Source: an uncultured Pelagibacteraceae bacterium (GTDB lineage Bacteria > Pseudomonadota > Alphaproteobacteria > Pelagibacterales > Pelagibacteraceae). Taken from it: DNA of 64,000 nt. The stretch covers positions 281 to 64,280 of the forward strand of contig CABYKS010000001.1 in assembly GCA_902519625.1 (NCBI GenBank), in the 5' to 3' direction. This document shows, piece by piece, positions 30,050 through 39,766 of the stretch; within the stretch, counting starts at the first letter, position 1, and the number at the start of each line of letters is the position of its first letter. Below the pieces are notes generated by a model. That model saw only the letters and a list, made by a program, of their open reading frames with translations. It was not told the origin of the DNA and made no database searches. The translations under genes were made by a program, and so were the position numbers.

Positions 30050-30853
30050 TTAAAGCGCTGGCTTTAAAAGTTTTAACATTTTTTTGTGTATAGTTTTATT
30101 TGCTGAAACTAAAATGCTACCTCCGTGTTTAGCTTCTCCATTCTTCCAGTTAGTTGCTACTCCACCTGCAGCATAAATTATAGGAATGAGAGCATGCACA
30201 TCCCATATTTTATTTTGACATTGAAGGACTATATCAATTTTTCCTTCACAAAAGTGAGCATAGCTCAATGCATCAAAACATGGAAACTGCATAAGTTTTA
30301 AAACTTTAGAAATTTTGCTTTGTTTCTTTAATGAAAGCCAACCGTGAAACGCTCCTGCAACTTTAATATTTTTAAAAGTAACTTTTTTATTTACTGAGAG
30401 TTTTATTTTTTTTCCTCCCTCAATTACATAAGCATTATTTTTTGAAATATTTAAATAATACTTATTTAATTTTGGAAAATTAGCTAATCCAACTACTGGG
30501 TTTCCTTTATAATTTAATGCAATTAAATTGCTCCACGTTGGATTACCAATTACAAATGATCTAGTTCCATCAATTGGATCAATTACCCATGTGAAATCAC
30601 TTTTAGATTTTTTTCGACCAAATTCTTCTCCGATGATTTCATGTTTAGGAAATTTCTTTTGAATTTTAGATCTTATAAATTTTTCAAAAGCTCTGTCTGC
30701 TTTGGTCACTGGGTCGTAACCTTGCCCTCTGCTTTTGTTTATTGGTTTAAAGGGCTTGTTTAGCTTTAAATTATAAAACTTAGTCATGTCCTTAGCTAAT
30801 TGATTTAAAAAATTAGCATAATATCTGAATTCTTTTTTGCTTAATTGATCCAT
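30050..30853 (-). CDS. hisN: Inositol monophosphatase family, HisN-like histidinol-phosphate phosphatase
   Basis: DPVTKAD, IGEEFG, WVIDPIDGTRSF and WDV. Confidence 0.7.
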   Translation of the reverse strand: MDQLSKKEFRYYANFLNQLAKDMTKFYNLKLNKPFKPINKSRGQGYDPVTKADRAFEKFIRSKIQKKFPKHEIIGEEFGRKKSKSDFTWVIDPIDGTRSFVIGNPTWSNLIALNYKGNPVVGLANFPKLNKYYLNISKNNAYVIEGGKKIKLSVNKKVTFKNIKVAGAFHGWLSLKKQSKISKVLKLMQFPCFDALSYAHFCEGKIDIVLQCQNKIWDVHALIPIIYAAGGVATNWKNGEAKHGGSILVSANKTIHKKMLKLLKPAL

Positions 30854-30922
30854 GGCAACAATCACATACTATCTTATTTATCTTGATTAAAGCTAAATTT
30901 TAAATAATCCTCAAAAAATCTT

Positions 30923-32026
30923 ATGAAAATTGAACTAAACGAAAATAAAGTTTTCTTTAATAACGGCGAATCAGTTCAAGAGATTCACCCTTTTTGGTTA
31001 AGGGAAAGAGTCGATGGAGATGAATTTTTGGACAAAGGCACACAACAAAGATTGTTTGATCCATCAACAATGAATGGAGAAATAATTATAAAAAAAGCTC
31101 AGATAAAAAATGGTTTTCTTGAAGTTGATTTTAATGATGGAGTAAACTCTAAGCTTGATATAACTAAACTCGAAACTGAATTTTCAAATAAAGATACTGT
31201 AATTAAATCAATTCCCAAAAAAAAATGGGATTCTACTTTAAAAAATATAAAGAATTTTGAATACAAAGAAGGTTTTTTTGAATCAAAAGAAATGTATGAT
31301 TTATTAGTTTCATTTTACGAATTTGGTTTTGTTGTTATAAAAAACGTTCCTACAGAAAATAATTATATTGTTAAATTTGCAAATTCAATTGGTAGTGTAA
31401 GAAGGACTAACTTTGGAGAACATTTCAATGTTAAGTCAAAATCAAATCCAAATGATTTAGCTTATACAACATTACATTTAAGTCCTCATACTGATAATCC
31501 CTATAGAAATCCAGTGCCTTGTATTCAGCTATTACATTGTATTGAAAATGAAGTTAAGGGAGGTTTTTCAACACTTGTAGATGGATATACTGTAACTGAA
31601 AATCTTAAAAAAGATAATCCTGAATTTTATAAAATCCTTTCTGAAGTAAAAGTTAGATTTAAATTTACTGACAGAAGCGTAATGTTAGAGGATTGGTCTG
31701 AATTAATTCATTTAGATGATAATAAAGAATTTAAACAAGTAAGATTTAGTCCAAGGCTAGACTATGTGCCAGTGTTAGAAAAAAATAAATTGGATTTATA
31801 CTATAAAGCAAGAAAAAAATTATCTGATTTATATAACTCTGAAAAAAATAGAATAGAATTTAAATTAACTCCAAAAGATCTTATGATGATGGATAATTAC
31901 AGAGTTTTGCACGGAAGAACTAAGTTTGATCCAAAAGAAGGAAAAAGATTTCTACAAGGTTGTTACATAGATTTTGATAGTACAGAAGGTAAATTAAGAC
32001 ATTTAAAAAGAAAATTTAAGCTTTGA
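30923..32026 (+). CDS. Gamma-butyrobetaine dioxygenase-like TauD/TfdA enzyme (copy 2)
   Basis: FWLRER, HTDNPYR, DNYRVLHGR and RFLQGCYID. Confidence 0.85.
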   Translation: MKIELNENKVFFNNGESVQEIHPFWLRERVDGDEFLDKGTQQRLFDPSTMNGEIIIKKAQIKNGFLEVDFNDGVNSKLDITKLETEFSNKDTVIKSIPKKKWDSTLKNIKNFEYKEGFFESKEMYDLLVSFYEFGFVVIKNVPTENNYIVKFANSIGSVRRTNFGEHFNVKSKSNPNDLAYTTLHLSPHTDNPYRNPVPCIQLLHCIENEVKGGFSTLVDGYTVTENLKKDNPEFYKILSEVKVRFKFTDRSVMLEDWSELIHLDDNKEFKQVRFSPRLDYVPVLEKNKLDLYYKARKKLSDLYNSEKNRIEFKLTPKDLMMMDNYRVLHGRTKFDPKEGKRFLQGCYIDFDSTEGKLRHLKRKFKL

Positions 32027-32883
32027 CGCTTCGAGATTCTTTAATTGCTGGATTAGTTCCAATTTTTTTAGGATTTGGTTTTGTTATCGCAAAACCTGCT
32101 ATGGAGTATTTACCTCCATTTTTATTGATGGGGTTACGATTTACTTTTGTAGCATTACTTTTAGTTTGGTGGTTTCCAATACCAAGAGGATATCTTAAAA
32201 AAATTTTTTTTGCTTCTCTCATAGCAAATACAATACAATATAGTATCACTTATACTGGTTTAGATTTAATAGATGCTTCAGCGGCAGTTTTACTTGTTCA
32301 AACTGAAGTTCCTTTTGGAGTTGTATTTGCATACTTCATGCTTAAAGAAAAACCAACAGTGAGGGCTTTAATAGGAATAGCTATTGCATTTGTTGGTGTA
32401 TATATTTTAACTGGATCTCCTAATTTAGATGGTAAAGTTCTTGGCATATCATTAACAATTATAGGATCTGCTGTTTGGGCTTTAGGACAAGTTTTGGTAA
32501 AACCATTAAGTAAAGAAATACATCCATTAGCACTTGTTGCTTGGTTAGGTTTGTTTTCTGGACCAATATTAATTGGGCTTTCTGCTATATTTGATGGGAA
32601 TACAATCAACTACTTTAAAAATGCAAGTTTTGAAAGTTGGATGATAGCAATTTACCTAGGATTTATTATGCAACCAATAACTTATGGTTGCTTCTATTAT
32701 GTTTTAAAAAGAAATCCTTTATACAAAGTTCTCCCTATAGTAACTATGGGTATACCACCAACCGGATTATTAGCTGCAATTTTTCTTTTAGGAGAAGAAC
32801 CAACCAAAGAATTATTTATTGGTGGGGTCGTAATTATAATTGGAGTGATCTTAATAGTATTTACTAAACCAGAAAAAAAATAA
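32023..32883 (+). CDS. EamA/DMT family transporter
   Basis: Hydrophobic multi-TM pattern, LRF and LGE motifs; TTG start overlaps the upstream stop. Confidence 0.85.
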   Translation: MTLRDSLIAGLVPIFLGFGFVIAKPAMEYLPPFLLMGLRFTFVALLLVWWFPIPRGYLKKIFFASLIANTIQYSITYTGLDLIDASAAVLLVQTEVPFGVVFAYFMLKEKPTVRALIGIAIAFVGVYILTGSPNLDGKVLGISLTIIGSAVWALGQVLVKPLSKEIHPLALVAWLGLFSGPILIGLSAIFDGNTINYFKNASFESWMIAIYLGFIMQPITYGCFYYVLKRNPLYKVLPIVTMGIPPTGLLAAIFLLGEEPTKELFIGGVVIIIGVILIVFTKPEKK

Positions 32884-32885
32884 TT

Positions 32886-33467
32886 TTAAATTATTTTATT
32901 TATTTCTTCTTCAGCTTTTTTAATTGATCCTTCATAATCAATTGACATTTGATCTGCTGAAATCGTTTGAATATTTTTAATTCCAAAAAAATTTAGTACG
33001 TGTTTAAGCCAAGGAGTTAAATAATCATCTTTACTCCCTACTCTTGTTCCACCAGAAGTAATTACTAGGTATACTTTTTTGCTTTCTAAAAGTCCTATTT
33101 GTTTTCCTTCTTGAGAGTATTTAAAAGTTGATTTTACTCTTGCAGCAAGATCAGACCAAGCTTTTAGAGTTGCGGGTGGACCAAAATTATATATTGGTGT
33201 TGAAATTATTATAATATCACTTTCTTTTAATTCCTTTACTAATTTGTCAGATAATTCAAACATTTTTTTATGTTGGTCCGTTCTTTCATTCTCAGGTATG
33301 GACATTCCAGATTCTGTAAGACCAGCCACAAAAAGCATCTCATCATCTAAATCTCTATAAATAACTTCATCTTCTGATTTTTTAATTTTCTCTAGAAGTT
33401 TTTTTGCTAATTCTCTTGAAGCAGATCCTTTTTTTCTAGCACTACAGTCAATTTGATAAATTTTCAT
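32886..33467 (-). CDS. azoR: FMN-dependent NADH-azoreductase (AcpD)
   Basis: STPIYNFGPPATLKAWSD and TSGG. Confidence 0.85.
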   Translation of the reverse strand: MKIYQIDCSARKKGSASRELAKKLLEKIKKSEDEVIYRDLDDEMLFVAGLTESGMSIPENERTDQHKKMFELSDKLVKELKESDIIIISTPIYNFGPPATLKAWSDLAARVKSTFKYSQEGKQIGLLESKKVYLVITSGGTRVGSKDDYLTPWLKHVLNFFGIKNIQTISADQMSIDYEGSIKKAEEEINKII

Positions 33468-33476
33468 AATTAAGTT

Positions 33477-34184
33477 TTATCCAAAATTTTGCAGGAATGG
33501 AAAGATATTTAAAATATAATAACCCAAAGTCTGCAGTTGATTAGTTAAAATCAAAATACCCGTGATAAGCAAAATTATTCCGCCTATTTTTGATACTAAA
33601 TTAATATTCTTTTTAAAGTTTTTAGAAAATATCAAAAATCTCTGTATTAAGTATCCTGATAAAATAAATGGAATAGCTAAACCTAATGAGTAAAAAAATA
33701 ATAGTAATATTCCTTTATTAATACTCTCCTCTGTTGCTGCTAAAGCTAAAATAGAACCTAAAATTGGACCAATGCAAGGAGTCCATCCAAAACCAAAAGC
33801 AGCTCCGATAAGTATAGGGCTAAATATATTTTTATTAGTATTTGCTTGAATTCTTTTTTCATAATTCAAAAACTTTAAATTTATTACGCCGATTATATGG
33901 AGTGAAAAAATAATAATAATAACTCCAGCTAGTATTCTTAATTCAAAAGAATTTTGAAGTAATAATTGGCCCAAAAAAGTTGATGCCGCTCCAAAAATTA
34001 TAAAGACAATAGAAAAACCAAAGGTAAATAAAATAATTGGTATTAAATTAATATTTTTTTTCTCAATTAATTCATTAAGTGAACTTCCAGAAATATATGA
34101 AATATAGCCTGGAATAAGAGGTAAAACACAGGGTGATAAAAAACTAATAAGTCCAGCGCCCAAAGCAATAAATAATTCAAACAT
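33477..34184 (-). CDS. ccdA: Cytochrome c biogenesis protein CcdA
   Basis: SFLSPCVLPL and GWTPCIGP. Confidence 0.9.
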   Translation of the reverse strand: MFELFIALGAGLISFLSPCVLPLIPGYISYISGSSLNELIEKKNINLIPIILFTFGFSIVFIIFGAASTFLGQLLLQNSFELRILAGVIIIIFSLHIIGVINLKFLNYEKRIQANTNKNIFSPILIGAAFGFGWTPCIGPILGSILALAATEESINKGILLLFFYSLGLAIPFILSGYLIQRFLIFSKNFKKNINLVSKIGGIILLITGILILTNQLQTLGYYILNIFPFLQNFG

Positions 34185-34187
34185 ATT

Positions 34188-35069
34188 TTATATTTTAAAT
34201 GATTTAGAAACTTTTCCTTTTGAGTTTGTTTTTATACTAAATAATGACCCAGAAAGACTAAATTTTTTTATTTCTTTTTTTTTCATTCCTTTTAACGCAG
34301 ATGTTACAAAAAGCTCGTTTTTATTAATTCCACCAAATGTACAATTTGTAATATTTTTTGCTGGCAATTTAATTTTATGTATTCTGGTTCCTTTTAGATT
34401 ATAAACTGTAATACATCCACCGCCAAAATGACATACCCAAATATTTTTTTTAGTATCTATTGTCATTCCATCGGGTGAACCATCTTTTTTGGAAAATTTT
34501 ATAAATTTAGTTTTTTTAACTATTTTAAAATTATTATTTATCTTAATTTTAAATATTATTTTTCTTCTACTATCGGTATGTAAAAAAGTATCCTTATTAA
34601 TAAATGCTGGTCCATTTGTTATATAATAATTTGTATCAACTTTATGAAGAATTAACTTTTTGTCTAAGCAATATAAAGACCCATTTTTTATTTTTCTTTC
34701 TGGATTGTCCATTGTACCAAACCAAAGTCTCCCCTGAAAATCAGTCTTTCCATCATTTATTCTATTCAAAGGTTTATTTTTTTCAATTTCAATCGATTTT
34801 ATAATTTTTTTAGTTTTTAAATTAACAAATCTAAGTTCTGATTTTAAACCAAGTATAAAAATATTTTTTTTAACGTGAGTTAGAAACCCAATTTCTTTAT
34901 TTACTTTTATAATTTTTTTTTTTTTAGAATTTATATTTAAAACTAAAATATTCTTTTTTTTAATATCAACAAAATAAATAGAATTGTGTGAAGGCACCCA
35001 TAAAGTTCCTTCTCCTAATATAGTTTTAGACTTCCAAATTGCCTTAGTTTCTGATGTTTTAATTTTCAA
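34188..35069 (-). CDS. SMP-30/gluconolactonase family sugar lactonase
   Basis: LGEG, RINDG, NGPAF and PDGMTID. Likely TTG start at 35069 rather than 35102. Confidence 0.85.
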   Translation of the reverse strand: MKIKTSETKAIWKSKTILGEGTLWVPSHNSIYFVDIKKKNILVLNINSKKKKIIKVNKEIGFLTHVKKNIFILGLKSELRFVNLKTKKIIKSIEIEKNKPLNRINDGKTDFQGRLWFGTMDNPERKIKNGSLYCLDKKLILHKVDTNYYITNGPAFINKDTFLHTDSRRKIIFKIKINNNFKIVKKTKFIKFSKKDGSPDGMTIDTKKNIWVCHFGGGCITVYNLKGTRIHKIKLPAKNITNCTFGGINKNELFVTSALKGMKKKEIKKFSLSGSLFSIKTNSKGKVSKSFKI

Positions 35070-35913
35070 ATGATTCTGATACCACTTTTGAATTTTGTTC
35101 ACCTAAATTATCAATTAATAGTCTCATTTCATCACCTGATTTAAGAAAAACTTGTGGCTTCATTCCCATTCCAACTCCTGCAGGGGTTCCTGTTGTAACC
35201 AAATCTCCTGGCTGTAAAGACATAAACTTACTCAGATAAGAAATTAAAAAATTTACATTAAAAATCATATTCTTTGTGTTGCCAGATTGCATTTTTTTTC
35301 CGTTCACTTCTAAATTTAAATTCAAATTATTGATATCTGGAATTTCGTCTTGAGTTACTAAATAAGGTCCCGTTGGTCCAAAAGTGTCGCCTGACTTTCC
35401 TTTAACCCATTGACCTGATTTCTCAAGTTGCCATTCTCTTTCACTAATATCATTAACAATACAGTAGCCTAATATATGGTTTGGCGCTTCTTTCTCGGTA
35501 ATATTTTTTGCTTCTTTTCCAATAACCACTGCCAACTCTACTTCCCAATCTAATTTAAAAGAGTCTTTTGGCATTTCTATATCGTCATTTGGACCTATAA
35601 TACTACTGGTCGCTTTCATGAAGACTATAGGTTCTGTTGGTGGTTTTGCTCCTGTTTCTTTTGCATGATCAGAATAATTTAGTCCTATTGCAACAAATTT
35701 TCCTGGTTTGTTTATACAAGAGCCAATTCTTTCACTATTTTTTATTATAGATAATGTTTCTAAATTTATATTTTTTAATTTTGTAATTGTTTCAAGTTTT
35801 AAATTATCTGAATTAAAATCTTTGATATTAGAGCTTAAATCTCTAATCACATTATTACTGTCTAATATAGCTGGTTTTTCATTTCCTTTTTCACCAACTC
35901 TTAATAATTTCAT
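35059..35913 (-). CDS. Fumarylacetoacetate hydrolase family protein
   Basis: IGLNYSDH, DWEVEL, NDISER, KGKS and TGTP. Confidence 0.9.
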   Translation of the reverse strand: MKLLRVGEKGNEKPAILDSNNVIRDLSSNIKDFNSDNLKLETITKLKNINLETLSIIKNSERIGSCINKPGKFVAIGLNYSDHAKETGAKPPTEPIVFMKATSSIIGPNDDIEMPKDSFKLDWEVELAVVIGKEAKNITEKEAPNHILGYCIVNDISEREWQLEKSGQWVKGKSGDTFGPTGPYLVTQDEIPDINNLNLNLEVNGKKMQSGNTKNMIFNVNFLISYLSKFMSLQPGDLVTTGTPAGVGMGMKPQVFLKSGDEMRLLIDNLGEQNSKVVSESFEN

Positions 35914-36674
35914 TTATTTTTAATCCTATTTACAATTGATTTAGCTCCATCACTCATAAATATATTGTCGCTACCAACTGTTACTATCTGAAATCCGATA
36001 TTAATCATTTTTTTTGCGTATTCTGGAGTAGCATTATGAATTCCAGCTACTATATTATTTTTTTTTGCATGATTTAAAATATTTAAAGTTTGTTCATAGG
36101 TTGGGTGACCCTCTGGTTTATCAAAACCAGCTTTTTCTCCAATTGATAAACTTAAATCTGAAGGACCGATATAAACTCCATCAAGACCTGGGGTTTTCAT
36201 TATTTTATCCAAATCGTTTAAAGCTTCTTTTGTTTCTATCATTACAATTTTTAAAATTTCATCATTCGCATGATCTACATAATCATTTCCTCCATACATA
36301 AAACCTCTGGTAGGACCAAAGCTTCTATAACCTTTGGGTGGATACATGCATGCTTGAACAAATTTTTCTGCTTGGCTTCTGTTGCTTACCATTGGACAAA
36401 TTACCCCGTAAGCTCCATAATCAAGAACTTTCATTATTTGATCTGGTTCATTCCAGTTTAATCGAGCCATTGGAACAACCTCAGTTGTTGAGATTGCTTG
36501 AAAGATTGGTAAAATATCTGATTGGCTGATAGCGCCATGTTGTAAATCTATAGTTAAGGAGTCCCATCCTTGATGGGCCATTGCTTCTGCAGAATATGAG
36601 CTAGGTATTTCTATCCACCCATTGATGGCTGCTTTTCCTTCTTTGAATAAATTTTTAAGCTTATTTTTTCTCAA
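35910..36674 (-). CDS. HpcH/HpaI class II pyruvate aldolase
   Basis: IDLQHG, YPPKGYRSFG, MIETK and IGPSDLS. Confidence 0.88.
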   Translation of the reverse strand: MRKNKLKNLFKEGKAAINGWIEIPSSYSAEAMAHQGWDSLTIDLQHGAISQSDILPIFQAISTTEVVPMARLNWNEPDQIMKVLDYGAYGVICPMVSNRSQAEKFVQACMYPPKGYRSFGPTRGFMYGGNDYVDHANDEILKIVMIETKEALNDLDKIMKTPGLDGVYIGPSDLSLSIGEKAGFDKPEGHPTYEQTLNILNHAKKNNIVAGIHNATPEYAKKMINIGFQIVTVGSDNIFMSDGAKSIVNRIKNK

Positions 36675-36679
36675 TTTAA

Positions 36680-38122
36680 CTAACCTTTGATACCAAGGTG
36701 TGTGTATTTAACATTCAAATAATCTTTAATCGCCATTGAACCACCTTCTCTTCCATATCCGGTTTGTTTTATTCCTCCAAAGGGTGCTTCTGCTATAGCT
36801 ACTAGAGGAGTATTAACTGCTACGGTACCTGTTTCCATTAGTTCTGATGCTCTATGAGCTTGTTCCATTGAATTTGTGCATATGTAACTACTTAGTCCTA
36901 AATCATTATTATTTGCTCTTTCAATTACTTCATCAAATGATTTAAAAGATAACATTGGTACCAATGGACCGAATGGCTCTACTTTCATAATTGTATAATC
37001 ATCTTTTACATTATCAAAAATTGTTGGTTCATAATAAAAACCTTTATTAAATCCAGCAGGTCTTTTTCCACCTAATAATACTTTTGCGCCTTCTTTTTTT
37101 GTTGTTTCTACTAATTCTTCAACTTCATTTAATCTTTTTTTTGTTGTTAAAGGACCAAGTTGAACACTTGGATCCATACCATCACCTATTTTTAATTTTT
37201 TTGTTTTTTCAATAAACAAATTAACAAATTCATCTTTTTTCTTTTCTTGAATATAAAATCTATTTGGTGAAATACAAACTTGTCCATTATTTCTATATTT
37301 TGCAGAAATTGCCATATCAGTAGCTTTTTGAATATCTGCATCATCAAAAACAATAAATGGAGAATGACCACTAAGTTCCATTGTAACTCTTTGTACCTTA
37401 TCAGCTGCTTGTTTAAGAATTAATTTTCCAACCCTTGTTGATCCAGTTACTGAAATTTTTTTAATTATATCTGATGAAATTAATTGTTGTGCAATACTTG
37501 GGGGATCTCCAGATAATAAATTTACTACTCCAGGAGGAACTCCACATTCTCTACATATATCGATAAGTTCCATTACTGTTCCTGGCGTTATAACATCTGG
37601 CTTAACTATTACCGAGCATCCTGCTGCTAAAGCTGTCGAAATTTTTCTTGAAGACAAAACTAATGGAAAATTCCAAGGTGTTAAAGCTGCAACAACTCCT
37701 ATTGGTTGATAATAAACATGTACTCTTGTATCTGCAAATCTACTTTCAACTGTTTGTCCATAAATTCTTTTTGTTTCTTCAGCGTTCCATTCAAAAATAT
37801 CTGCCGCTCCACCAACTTCACCTTTGGCTTCCGCAAACGGTTTACCTACCTCGAGAGTCATCCATTTAGCTAGGACATCTTGTTTTTCTCTCATCTTGTC
37901 TGCTATTTTTCTAATAATATAAGATCTTTGCCATGGTGGTGTTTGCTTCCAAACTTCTAAACCTTTTGCAGCAGATTTTAATGCTTTATCAACATCAGCA
38001 GGTGTTGCTTTTGATGCATGACCTATAACTTCTTCATTAGCTGGATTAATAACTTCGTATGTTGATTTGTCAGACGACTGTTGCCATTTACCATCAATAA
38101 ATTGTCCAAATTTTTCGTACAT
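36680..38122 (-). CDS. NAD-dependent succinate-semialdehyde / alpha-ketoglutarate-semialdehyde dehydrogenase
   Basis: TPWNFP, MELSGHSP, RNNGQVC and EPFGP. Confidence 0.85.
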   Translation of the reverse strand: MYEKFGQFIDGKWQQSSDKSTYEVINPANEEVIGHASKATPADVDKALKSAAKGLEVWKQTPPWQRSYIIRKIADKMREKQDVLAKWMTLEVGKPFAEAKGEVGGAADIFEWNAEETKRIYGQTVESRFADTRVHVYYQPIGVVAALTPWNFPLVLSSRKISTALAAGCSVIVKPDVITPGTVMELIDICRECGVPPGVVNLLSGDPPSIAQQLISSDIIKKISVTGSTRVGKLILKQAADKVQRVTMELSGHSPFIVFDDADIQKATDMAISAKYRNNGQVCISPNRFYIQEKKKDEFVNLFIEKTKKLKIGDGMDPSVQLGPLTTKKRLNEVEELVETTKKEGAKVLLGGKRPAGFNKGFYYEPTIFDNVKDDYTIMKVEPFGPLVPMLSFKSFDEVIERANNNDLGLSSYICTNSMEQAHRASELMETGTVAVNTPLVAIAEAPFGGIKQTGYGREGGSMAIKDYLNVKYTHLGIKG

Positions 38123-38214
38123 AATTTTAAAATTTAACCTGAAGTTGATTATAAAAAATTAACAAAATTTTAACAAATATGTTTTAATGTTTCAAATAAT
38201 AAAAGGAGAAATCA

Positions 38215-38538
38215 ATGGCTAAATTTATAACATTAGGATGTTACACTGCAAAAGGTCTAGCTGGATTTGTAAGTAATCCAGGTACAGATAGAAAAGCAGC
38301 TACATCTGCATTAGCTGCTTCGGTTGGGGCAAAAGTGACTCGTTATGCTGGACTAAGAGGTAAGTATGATTTTATGGCAGAAATAGAAGGTACTTTTGAA
38401 CAATGTGCTGCTGCTGCAATGACTGCAGTAGGAAGTGGGGCTGTTTCTGATTTTACAATTTTAGAAGATGTAGATCTGAATAAAATTGCTGAGACTGCTA
38501 AGAAAATGGCTTCAGGATATAAAGAACCTGGTAAATAA
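38215..38538 (+). CDS. GYD-domain protein
   Basis: G.YT..G...DR...G.YD pattern; strong AAGGAG RBS. Confidence 0.75.
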   Translation: MAKFITLGCYTAKGLAGFVSNPGTDRKAATSALAASVGAKVTRYAGLRGKYDFMAEIEGTFEQCAAAAMTAVGSGAVSDFTILEDVDLNKIAETAKKMASGYKEPGK

Positions 38539-38551
38539 AAAAACAGATATT

Positions 38552-38582
38552 TAACTTCCAGTTTTTTTTAAACTGGAAGTTA
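38552..38582. terminator. Bidirectional terminator between convergent genes
   Basis: TAACTTCCAGTTT...AAACTGGAAGTTA, a perfect 13-bp inverted repeat that overlaps the PhyH stop codon. Confidence 0.8.
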
Positions 38583-39416
38583 GGTGTCTTCATATAAAGT
38601 AGGAAACATTTCACCCCCTAAAGGGTCACCATTTTTATATCCAGCGTCTTGCATGGCTTTTCTATAATTATAACTAGTCCAATCTCCAATATAACTTATT
38701 TTTGCATCTTCTTTTGCTACTCTTAATGTATATCGACTTAATGTTTTGTTTGGTATAGATGGACTAAGAGCACCATGTAGTGTTCTCATATCAAAAATTA
38801 CACAGTCTCCCAAATCACAATCCCAATTTAAAAATTCATATTTCTCTTTATTTCCTAAAATATCTGGAGGAGTTTCGTATTTTTTTCCATTAATTATACA
38901 TTCATCTCCTTCTATTTTGTGACCATCTTTAAAAAGAACCCTTAAAAACAATTTATTCCATAAATGTGATCCTTTTACCCACGCAACACCCTCATCCTTT
39001 TTACTTGGTTGAAGTGGTAGCCAAAGTACACACATTGTGCCTTCCATATCGAAATAACTAACATCATGATGAAAAGGAGTTTTTGATTTAGAACCACCTT
39101 CTCTTAAAAACCAATTATCCATAACAAGGTTTATTTTTTTTGCTGACATTAACTCTGATGCTATTTTTGCATAAGGTGAATTGAATACAAAATCTGTAAA
39201 TTCTGGAACCAAATGCCAGGTCCAATAATCTTCTAAATAAGCAGGAACACCTTTTTCTAATGTATGAGATTTAAATCTTGGACTTGGTTTTTTTATATCT
39301 TTTTCTATTCCAGTCTGAAGTTTTTTTATCCAACTAGCATCAAATTTTCCTTTTAAAAATACCGCTCCATCATTTTTAAAATTATTTATTTCAGTGTCAG
39401 TTAAAATTTTACTCAT
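38580..39416 (-). CDS. Phytanoyl-CoA dioxygenase (PhyH) family Fe(II)/2OG dioxygenase (copy 2)
   Basis: TPFHHD, GSHLW and TLHGA. Confidence 0.8.
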   Translation of the reverse strand: MSKILTDTEINNFKNDGAVFLKGKFDASWIKKLQTGIEKDIKKPSPRFKSHTLEKGVPAYLEDYWTWHLVPEFTDFVFNSPYAKIASELMSAKKINLVMDNWFLREGGSKSKTPFHHDVSYFDMEGTMCVLWLPLQPSKKDEGVAWVKGSHLWNKLFLRVLFKDGHKIEGDECIINGKKYETPPDILGNKEKYEFLNWDCDLGDCVIFDMRTLHGALSPSIPNKTLSRYTLRVAKEDAKISYIGDWTSYNYRKAMQDAGYKNGDPLGGEMFPTLYEDT

Positions 39417-39739
39417 TTGCCTGCAGTGTTTGCTACAAAATAAGATACAATTTCTATTTCTTCTTTTGTTAAAATTTCCTCTTCTCCGTAGGCAGGCATA
39501 ACTCCAAGTCCATACGTGACCATTTCAACTACTGATTCAATTGTAAGATCTACAGTATCTAGATTAGGTCCAACATTTCCTTCTGATCCTGCTGCTTTAA
39601 GAACATGACACCCTGCACAACCTGCTGTCTCGTTAAAAATTTCAAGTCCTTTTATCATTTTAGCGTCGTCTGCTATCAAGCTTTGAGGACTTAAAAAATA
39701 TACGTAAACTAAAATTAATAAAAATTTTGCAATTTTCAT
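39413..39739 (-). CDS. sorU: Class I c-type cytochrome, SorU-like
   Basis: Signal peptide, CAGCH, GPNLD and MPAY; immediately downstream of the sorT-like gene. Confidence 0.75.
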   Translation of the reverse strand: MKIAKFLLILVYVYFLSPQSLIADDAKMIKGLEIFNETAGCAGCHVLKAAGSEGNVGPNLDTVDLTIESVVEMVTYGLGVMPAYGEEEILTKEEIEIVSYFVANTAGK

Positions 39740-39766
39740 TAATTAATTTTATGACTTTTTGTAAAA

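Noticed and set aside
30866-30922. SAM-II/SAM-V riboswitch (AGCTAAA seen)
   Set aside because: No supporting P1 stem or pseudoknot pairing, and the flanking genes are not sulfur/methionine genes.
34912-34925. Long poly-T tract as a phase-variation site
   Set aside because: Encodes an in-frame Lys run on the minus strand; such tracts are common in this AT-rich DNA.
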